Assembly: GCA_030583605.1 (NCBI GenBank)
Contig: CP129466.1
Coordinates: 3,289,028-3,353,027, forward strand
Source: Gammaproteobacteria bacterium
GTDB taxonomy: Bacteria; Pseudomonadota; Gammaproteobacteria; Steroidobacterales; GCA-2729495
DNA length: 64,000 nucleotides
Direction of reading: 5' to 3'
This document shows, one piece after another, positions 45,176-52,047 of the stretch (the stretch's first letter is position 1; each line of letters opens with the position of its first letter). Made by a program: the position numbers and the translations under genes. The notes beneath the pieces are model-generated. The model was not told the DNA's origin. It saw only the letters and a list, made by a program, of their open reading frames with translations, and ran no database searches.

Positions 45176-45205
45176 ATGACAGGCGCCCCGCGGGGCGCCT
45201 GTCAT
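45176..45205. other. perfect 30-bp palindrome ATGACAGGCGCCCCG|CGGGGCGCCTGTCAT between norB and nsrR
   Basis: 15+15 nt perfectly self-complementary. It starts 16 nt after the norB stop and ends 20 nt before the nsrR ATG. There is no T-tract, and TACAAT lies at 45172-45177. Confidence 0.6.
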
Positions 45206-45224
45206 CCGTACGCCGGGTAACCAC

Positions 45225-45689
45225 ATGCGGCTCACGACCTTCACCGACTACAGCCTGCGCGTACTCATTTATCTGGCGATCCGCCCCGAGCAACGCGTGA
45301 CCATTGCCGAGATCGCCACCGCGTTCGATATTTCCGAAAGTCACCTGATGAAGGTCGTGCACTTTCTCGGCAAGCACGGCTTCCTTGCCAACGTACGCGG
45401 CAAAGGGGGCGGCCTGACCCTGGCATCGACGCCGGATGCCATCAATGTCGGTGCCGTCGTGCGCCTGACCGAGGCGGACTCCCTGCCGGCAGAGTGTTTC
45501 GACCCGGATCGCAACACCTGCGTCATCAGCCAATCCTGTCAGCTGCGCAAGATCCTCGGCGAAGCGGTCAGTGCGTTCTACTCGGTCCTCGAGCGCTACA
45601 GCCTGGCCGACCTCGTTGTCGGACGCAGCCAGCTCGCGCGGATCCTGTCGATCCCGGTCGAGACCGTCCGGCGCCGCGCCAGGCCCTGA
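45225..45689 (+). CDS. nsrR: Rrf2-family NO-sensing repressor NsrR
   Basis: MRLTTFTDYSLRVLIYLA...TIAEIATAFDISESHLMKVVHFLGKHGF...RGKGGG. Three Cys (CFDPDRNTCVISQSC) for the Fe-S cluster. Confidence 0.85.
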   Translation: MRLTTFTDYSLRVLIYLAIRPEQRVTIAEIATAFDISESHLMKVVHFLGKHGFLANVRGKGGGLTLASTPDAINVGAVVRLTEADSLPAECFDPDRNTCVISQSCQLRKILGEAVSAFYSVLERYSLADLVVGRSQLARILSIPVETVRRRARP

Positions 45690-45759
45690 CAGGTTGATGC
45701 AAAACCGTTAACGGCGACCCGCGGCCGCGCGACAACCAGTCGCCGCCCGACCCCGGGTA

Positions 45760-48174
45760 TTACTCGCGGCCGAAGCGGTAGCTGAGCGTCGCCCCGACCT
45801 GCCTGCCCGGCTGCAGCGTGACGCCGAATCCCCGTGGGCTCGTGGAGGAGCCCGCGCAGATGGTCGCCGGGTCGGCTGGCGGTAGTGCGGCACAATTGGT
45901 CAACGTCCCGTAGCGCCGGTCGATGTAGCGCAGGATGTCGAGCGCCGTATCGTCGTCGGTCAGATTCTTGCCCCAGACGCTGAAATCCCAGTTGCCCCAG
46001 GTCGTTCCGACGCGCGCGCCGAGGAGTTCGCGATCGCCGGTTTCGATGAGATTGTGCTCCTGGGCGTACTTCGATTCCTCGAAGGTGAAATCCGCGCCGA
46101 GGTAGACGCTGCCCCAGCTCACGGGCGTCTCGTATCGCGTGAACAAGGCGAACTGGTTTTCCGGGATGCGTGGCGATTGCCTGCCGGAGGTGTCGCCGAG
46201 GGTGTTCAGGTCCTCGAGCGTGCCATTGCCGCCGCGCAGATCGGCCTCATCGTTGCTGATATTCCTCTCGTATTCCGAGTCCGTCCAGGAATAGATCAGG
46301 CCGGCGGTCCACTCGTCGGTGATCGAGTAGGTGCTGTCCAGCTCGAACCCCCACACCTCGGTCTTGCCCACGTTGTCGATGACCGACTGCGGCACGCCAC
46401 CCGGACCCTCGATGTTGCGCGTGAACTGCTGATCGGTGACATCGTTGCGGTAGATGGCCACGTTGGCAATGACACGGCGGGCCAGCCACTCCGTCTTGGC
46501 GCCGATCTCGTAGGACCAGACCTTCTCTTCCTTGACATCACGGAAGCTCTCGTCCGGCACGCCGTCCACCACCGGCACCGTGCTGTTGAACGTCCCCGGC
46601 TTGGTGCCCTTGGCGACGTTCGCGTAGAGGTTCACTTCATCGGTCAGGCGATAGCGCGCCGTCACGCGGGGAGTCAGGCTCTCGTAGGTCTCCGAGCACG
46701 AGGGGCTCGGGCCGCAAGGCTCCACGGCCCCACTGCCATCGTTGACCCGATTGGCGACCTCGATCTCGTCTTCGGCATAACGCATCTCGAGACCCAGGGT
46801 CGTCCGTTCGCCGGCATCCCATTCGAGGCCGCCGAAAACGGCCATATTCTCGACATCCTGGTTCGTGAGGTTCGCCACGGTCTGCAACGCAGGCAACCCG
46901 CTCGGCAGTACCTTGCGGTTGGCGATCTCCTTGTTCGTCTGGTCCAGGTAATAGAGCCCGATGGTTCCGCGCAGCGGCAGGTCCTGCGCCGAAGTCATGC
47001 GTACTTCCTGCGAGAAGACTTCGTTCTCATCGCGGTCGAGCTGCCAGAAGCTCCCGAGCGAAGGGCCAATGGGAATCGGGTCATACCCCGCGTAGGACAC
47101 GTCGAAACCGGTCTGGATGCTGTCGCGTATGAAGCCGGTGACGCTGCTGAAGGTGTAGCCGCCGTACTCATATTCGACCGTCAGGTTGGCGAGCCGGCGG
47201 CGGAGCTCCACGCCCGACATCGCAGCCTGGTCCAGCAGGTCGGTGACCAGGTTCAGGCCGTTCTCGTCGGTCACCGCCTCGCCGCAGTAGTACTCGCGGG
47301 ACCGCGGTGCGTCCGGCGTGCGGAAGAAACAGTTGTTGAACGTGCGCGGCTGCAGGTAGATAGCGAAATGATCGTCTTCCGTCGTCTGAACCCCGCCCCG
47401 CAAGGAAACCTCCAGCCCATCGAGCGGCGTCCAGAGCAATCTCGCGGTCGCACTCTGGCTCTCGGTGCCGCCCACCTCGTCGCCCGTGCGCTGGTTGTCG
47501 AACTCGCCGCCGTAGGTGTCGTAGCCGGCCGCCACGTAGAAGGCGAGCTGATCGGTGATGATCGGCCCGCTCGCCCATGCCGAGGTTTCCCAGGTGTCGT
47601 GCTCCGCACCGGTGGCGCTGACACCGCCCTCGATGCGGTCCATCGAGGGCTTACGCGTGATGAAATTGATTGCGCCCGCGTAAGTGCCGCGACCAAACTG
47701 CGCCGCCTGCGGCCCCTTGATGATCTCGACGCGCTCGAGGTTGTACAGCTCAGTCGACTGCGGCGACGCCCCGAGATAGACGCCGTCTATGAAGTAGGCC
47801 ACCGCCGATGCGTTGCCGATGCCGTTCTGAATGGTCGTGATGCCGCGCATCGCGGGGCGGTCCGAACCCGGCTGGCGGCCGAAAGCCGAGGTGAAGGAGA
47901 AGCTCGGGGTAAACTTGGCGATGTCGTCGATGCTGCGGAGATTCATCTCCTCGATGCTGGTGGCGGTAAACGCGCTGACCGCAACCGGTATCTCCTGGAT
48001 GTTCTCTTCGACTTTGCGCGCGGTGACGACGATTTCCTCGACGGCGGCGGCACCGAGCGGCGCAAGCAGCACCAGGATTGCGCAACCGAGAACCGCAACG
48101 TGACGGCGGATGGATGCCTGCACGATGACCCCCCTTCGCGACTTCCGTCGCGCCCCAGTGGGTTGACGGGCCAT
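45760..48174 (-). CDS. TonB-dependent receptor (start uncertain)
   Basis: Signal, TonB-box/plug (EEIVVTARK, VEIIKGPQAAQFGRGTYAGAINFITRKP) and a long beta-barrel with alternating pattern. Confidence 0.85.
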   Translation of the reverse strand: MARQPTGARRKSRRGVIVQASIRRHVAVLGCAILVLLAPLGAAAVEEIVVTARKVEENIQEIPVAVSAFTATSIEEMNLRSIDDIAKFTPSFSFTSAFGRQPGSDRPAMRGITTIQNGIGNASAVAYFIDGVYLGASPQSTELYNLERVEIIKGPQAAQFGRGTYAGAINFITRKPSMDRIEGGVSATGAEHDTWETSAWASGPIITDQLAFYVAAGYDTYGGEFDNQRTGDEVGGTESQSATARLLWTPLDGLEVSLRGGVQTTEDDHFAIYLQPRTFNNCFFRTPDAPRSREYYCGEAVTDENGLNLVTDLLDQAAMSGVELRRRLANLTVEYEYGGYTFSSVTGFIRDSIQTGFDVSYAGYDPIPIGPSLGSFWQLDRDENEVFSQEVRMTSAQDLPLRGTIGLYYLDQTNKEIANRKVLPSGLPALQTVANLTNQDVENMAVFGGLEWDAGERTTLGLEMRYAEDEIEVANRVNDGSGAVEPCGPSPSCSETYESLTPRVTARYRLTDEVNLYANVAKGTKPGTFNSTVPVVDGVPDESFRDVKEEKVWSYEIGAKTEWLARRVIANVAIYRNDVTDQQFTRNIEGPGGVPQSVIDNVGKTEVWGFELDSTYSITDEWTAGLIYSWTDSEYERNISNDEADLRGGNGTLEDLNTLGDTSGRQSPRIPENQFALFTRYETPVSWGSVYLGADFTFEESKYAQEHNLIETGDRELLGARVGTTWGNWDFSVWGKNLTDDDTALDILRYIDRRYGTLTNCAALPPADPATICAGSSTSPRGFGVTLQPGRQVGATLSYRFGRE

Positions 48175-48274
48175 TCCTATCCCGCCGCGGTCAGGATGTC
48201 AATATGACGTTATTCCGGCCCGGCAGGGCGCCGTGTGGCGGCTGCGGCCTGCGTGCGTCATCCCGACCTGCGCC

Positions 48275-50104
48275 TCACGACACCAGCTTGGCGTCCACCT
48301 CGTCCTGCTGGATCTCGAACATGCGCGCATACCAGCCGCCCCGGCGCATGAGCTCCTCGTGCGTGCCGCGTTCCGCGATCCGGCCTTCCAGCATCACCAG
48401 GATCTCGTCGCTGTCCACGATGGTCGAGAGCCGATGGGCGATGGTGAGCGTCGTGCGACCCTGGCACAGGCGCCGCAATGCCTGCATGACGCCGAGCTCG
48501 GTTTCGACGTCGAGGCTCGAGGTCGCCTCGTCGAGCAACACGATCGGCGCATTCTTGAGAATTGCGCGGGCGATGGCCACTCGCTGGCGCTGACCGCCGG
48601 AGAGTTTCGAGCCGCGTTCTCCCGCCGGTGACTCATAGCCCTCCGGCAGACTCATGATCCAGTCGTGCAGCCCGGCCTTGCGTGCCGCCTCCTCCAGATC
48701 TGCCTGGCTGGCATCGCGCCGCCCCATGCGGATGTTCTCGCCAATGGTTTCGTTGAAGATGAAACTGCGCTGCGATACCACGGCAAACTGCTTCTGCAGC
48801 TCTGCCAGCTGGAACTCCGACAACCGGCGCGGGCCAACCCGGATCTCGCCCGTCTGCGGGTCCCAATGGCGCAACAGCAGGTTGACGATGGTGGACTTGC
48901 CGGTGCCCGAAGGACCCACCAGCGCGACATGGCGCCCGGCGGGGATGTCGAGCGTGAAGCCGTCGAAGACTTTCTTGTTGCGGCTCCATGTCTCGTCGTC
49001 CGCGTCGTACTCGAAGTTCACGTTGCTAAAGTGCAGCGACGGATCGAGCTTCGCGGCCACCGGCTCACCGGCCGTATCCTGGACCGCGGGCGGCTGGTCC
49101 ATCATCCCGAAGAGGCGGCGCGCCGCAATCAGCGACACACGGAAATCGGTGTAGTTATTCGCTGGCCCCTGCGACGTGTAGAAGCCGACGATGGAAACGG
49201 CAATGACGGCGGGGAGGTCCACCAATGCGTCGATCTTGCCGGCCAGCGCCAGCTCGATACCCCACCACGCCGCCGCGAGAATGCCCACGGTCGCGAAGAT
49301 CTCCGAGAGCGCACGCTGCGTGGCATCGGCGCCATAGAGTTTGTCCTGCCCGGACTGCATCGAGACGCCCCGCTGCCAGAGTTCGCGCGCGCGCTCTTTC
49401 TCGTAACCGAAAGCCACGGTGTCGCGCACGCCCTGGATGCTGTCGGCGACGAACGCATTGACCAGCCCGAGCTGCTCGCGGTACCGCACGCCATCGCCAC
49501 CGAGGCGGGCCACCAGCCAGGGCAGCACGAAGACGCACGCGGCGTAGAACGGCGCCAGCACCCACACCAGCGAGGGGTGCACGGTCCAGCACCAGGCCAG
49601 GATGATCATCGGCACACTGATGCCGGCCACCGCCGGGGCGAGCGTGTGGGCGTAGAACGGCTCGACGCGCTCGCAATCGCTCATCACGCGACTCACCGCA
49701 TCACCCGACTGCAGCTTGCCAGTGCGCGCTGGCGCGAGCGGCAGCATGGCGTAGTAGAACTTGTCACGGAACTCCGCGAGGATGCGAAACGCCACGTAGT
49801 GCCCGGTGTAGTTCTCGAGGTAGGAGGCAAACCCGACCAGGGTGCCCACCAGCGCGATCCAGCGCACCTGGGCCCAGATCACGTCCCAGTTGACCACCCC
49901 AGGCTCGGCGGACTCGACATAGATCCCGACACTCGCCGCGGCAATGCCGAGCAGCGCCGCCTGGCTGACGATCTTGATCACGCGCGTCACGAGCGACACG
50001 AGCATGATGCCGTTGAACGGCGACATGTAGCGCATCAGGCGGCGCATGATCTGGAAGTTGCTCGCCTGCGGCCCCTGCCCGGCGATCGCTTGTGCAGTAT
50101 TCAT
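48275..50104 (-). CDS. ABC transporter permease/ATPase, CydC-like half transporter
   Basis: From Met 50104: 6 TM spans, Walker A GPSGTGKST, signature LSGGQRQRVAIARA, Walker B VLLDEATS. 13 nt after the upstream partner's stop. Confidence 0.8.
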   Translation of the reverse strand: MNTAQAIAGQGPQASNFQIMRRLMRYMSPFNGIMLVSLVTRVIKIVSQAALLGIAAASVGIYVESAEPGVVNWDVIWAQVRWIALVGTLVGFASYLENYTGHYVAFRILAEFRDKFYYAMLPLAPARTGKLQSGDAVSRVMSDCERVEPFYAHTLAPAVAGISVPMIILAWCWTVHPSLVWVLAPFYAACVFVLPWLVARLGGDGVRYREQLGLVNAFVADSIQGVRDTVAFGYEKERARELWQRGVSMQSGQDKLYGADATQRALSEIFATVGILAAAWWGIELALAGKIDALVDLPAVIAVSIVGFYTSQGPANNYTDFRVSLIAARRLFGMMDQPPAVQDTAGEPVAAKLDPSLHFSNVNFEYDADDETWSRNKKVFDGFTLDIPAGRHVALVGPSGTGKSTIVNLLLRHWDPQTGEIRVGPRRLSEFQLAELQKQFAVVSQRSFIFNETIGENIRMGRRDASQADLEEAARKAGLHDWIMSLPEGYESPAGERGSKLSGGQRQRVAIARAILKNAPIVLLDEATSSLDVETELGVMQALRRLCQGRTTLTIAHRLSTIVDSDEILVMLEGRIAERGTHEELMRRGGWYARMFEIQQDEVDAKLVS

Positions 50105-50117
50105 CGATTCGTCTCCC

Positions 50118-51884
50118 TCAGGCGATGCCGGCAGCCGGCTTGGTCTGCATCGGCCGCGACTCCATCTCGCGCTTGGTGCGGACCATACCCGCGTAGATGC
50201 CGCCGCGCGCGAGCAATTCGGCGCGGGTGCCGCTCTCGGCCAGCCGCCCACCCTCCATGACGATGATCCGGTCGGCCTGCTCGATCGTGCTCAGGCGATG
50301 GGCGATGAGCAGCACCGTCTTGTTCGCGGTCAGCCGCGCCAGTGCCTTGTTCAGCAGGGTCTCCGTCTCGACGTCGATCTGCGATGTCGGTTCGTCGAGG
50401 ATCACGATCGGGGCGTTCTTCAGCAGCGCGCGGGCAATCGCGAGCCGCTGGGCCTGCCCGCCGGAGAGCGCCATGCCCTGGTCGCCCACCTGGGTCTGGA
50501 ACCCGTCCGGCGTGGACCGGATGAAGTCGTAGAGTTCCGCCGCCGTGGTGGCCGCGACCAGTTCCGCCTCGGTCGCGTCGGGCTTGGCCATGCGCAGGTT
50601 GTCCGCGATCGTGCCGAAGAACAGGAACGGATCCTGCGGCACGAGCGCAATCTGCTCGCGTATCCACTCCAGCGTCAGCTCTTTTTCGGGCACGCCGTCG
50701 AACAGGATCTCGCCGGACTGCGGCTCCAGCGTGCGCAGGAGCAGGTTGGTGACCGTGGTCTTGCCCGAACCGCTGCGTCCAATCAGCGCCACCGTCTCGT
50801 TCGGCTCGAGCGTCATGCTGAGGTTCTCGATGGCCGGCCGATCGGCGCCCGGATAGGTGAAGTTCACGTTGCGAAGCTCGATGCGGACGGCCTTGCCGGT
50901 GGTCCTGCCCGCGTGCGCGCTGGCGGAACTGGTGATCGGCGCCTTCTCGTCGAGGAACTTGATCACCTCGGCGGCTACCTCGCGGCCCATGGCACCGGCG
51001 AAGAAGAACTCGCCGATCAGGAGCAGCGTGCGGCTGAACTCCAGGCTGAGCAACACAACCGCCACTGCCTCGCCCGGCGTCATGAAGCCACCGCTGTAGC
51101 GGTACAGGGCGACGCCCATCGCCACGGCGGTGGAGAACAACGCGAAGCCGAGCTCGAGAAAGACGAACTGGCTCTGCGCGACCAGCAGGAGCTTCATCGT
51201 CGTGCGCCGCTGCTGTTCGTTGCCCTCCTCCATTTCTCGGCCGCGGCGTACGGCCTCGTTGAACATCTTCAGCGTCGTCATGCCCTGGATCGAATCCAGG
51301 TACTGCGCGCTGTTGCGGTTCTTTACCGCTTCGTTCTGCTTGCTGATGCGGCGGAACCCGCGCGCGGAAGAGCCGACGAACAGCGGCGTCAGCGGCACGC
51401 CCGCCAGCATCCACAGGCCCACCACCCAGTCGATCCAGAAGATCGCCGCGCAGAGGAAGATCGGGATCGCGATCGCCACCCAGACCTGCACGAAATACAC
51501 GCTGAAGTAGTAATCGAGGTACTCGACGCCCTCGGTGGCCGTGTTGGCGATCTCGCCGGTTCGCCGCTTGCCGAGGATTCCGGGACCGAGGCGCACGACC
51601 TGCTGGTAGATCCGGTCGCGCACGTTGATCTTGGCCTCCGCGGAGGCGCGAAACTGCCCGGTGCGGAACACCCACGCGAGCGCTGCCTTCAGGAACACGA
51701 GACCGGTGAGGATCCAGAACCACTGGCGCAACAGGTTGCTGCCCTCGACGGCAGCATCGACGGCCAGGCCGAGCACCCAGTAAAGAAGAATCGTGGTGGG
51801 AACGGACGCCAGTCCCGCAATGAGGCCCACCTTGACCCATTTCATGGTCGTCGGCGTGATCAGCCTGTCGTCAACACCCAGCAT
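50118..51884 (-). CDS. ABC transporter permease/ATPase, CydD-like half transporter (alternative start Met 51845)
   Basis: 588 aa (same length as E. coli CydD, as I recall). The GPGILGKRRTGEIANTATEGVEYLDYYF block parallels CydD GPAWIQGKPAGSW...IDDMHDYY. Walker A GRSGSGKTT and signature LSGGQAQRLAIARA. Confidence 0.75.
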   Translation of the reverse strand: MLGVDDRLITPTTMKWVKVGLIAGLASVPTTILLYWVLGLAVDAAVEGSNLLRQWFWILTGLVFLKAALAWVFRTGQFRASAEAKINVRDRIYQQVVRLGPGILGKRRTGEIANTATEGVEYLDYYFSVYFVQVWVAIAIPIFLCAAIFWIDWVVGLWMLAGVPLTPLFVGSSARGFRRISKQNEAVKNRNSAQYLDSIQGMTTLKMFNEAVRRGREMEEGNEQQRRTTMKLLLVAQSQFVFLELGFALFSTAVAMGVALYRYSGGFMTPGEAVAVVLLSLEFSRTLLLIGEFFFAGAMGREVAAEVIKFLDEKAPITSSASAHAGRTTGKAVRIELRNVNFTYPGADRPAIENLSMTLEPNETVALIGRSGSGKTTVTNLLLRTLEPQSGEILFDGVPEKELTLEWIREQIALVPQDPFLFFGTIADNLRMAKPDATEAELVAATTAAELYDFIRSTPDGFQTQVGDQGMALSGGQAQRLAIARALLKNAPIVILDEPTSQIDVETETLLNKALARLTANKTVLLIAHRLSTIEQADRIIVMEGGRLAESGTRAELLARGGIYAGMVRTKREMESRPMQTKPAAGIA

Positions 51885-51925
51885 GACATCGCTCCCACGG
51901 CCGGGGTCTCCGGCCTCCGATCGGC

Positions 51926-51957
51926 ACCATAAACCCTGAAGCAGGGTTCAAGGTCAA
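51926..51957 (-). promoter_or_regulatory. candidate MerR-type promoter for the ABC pair: TTGACC-N20-TATGGT with dyad site C (51934-51953)
   Basis: The minus strand reads TTGA[CCTTGAA-CCCTGC-TTCAGGG]TT-TATGGT. The 20-bp spacer is filled by the dyad. Confidence 0.5.
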
Positions 51958-51971
51958 TAGCCGGACCCTGC

Positions 51972-52003
51972 TTGACCTTGAAGCTGAGTTTAAGGTGGAT
52001 GAT
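51972..52003 (+). promoter_or_regulatory. candidate MerR-type promoter for the P1B-ATPase: TTGACC-N20-GATGAT with dyad site B (51976-51995)
   Basis: The plus strand reads TTGA[CCTTGAA-GCTGAG-TTTAAGG]TG-GATGAT. This mirrors the promoter at 51926-51957, with 14 bp between the two -35 boxes. Confidence 0.5.
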
Positions 52004-52047
52004 GCCAGCCGTCCCGGTCCCGTCGGACCGGCCGTGGATGCAGTGCA

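Noticed and set aside
48196-48210. 15-bp palindrome ATGTCAATATGACGT upstream of the TonB-dependent receptor, as a possible Fur/Zur box.
   Set aside because: It does not match the recalled Fur (GATAATGATAATCATTATC) or Zur consensus. It contains a TTGACA on the gene strand and may simply be the -35 region.
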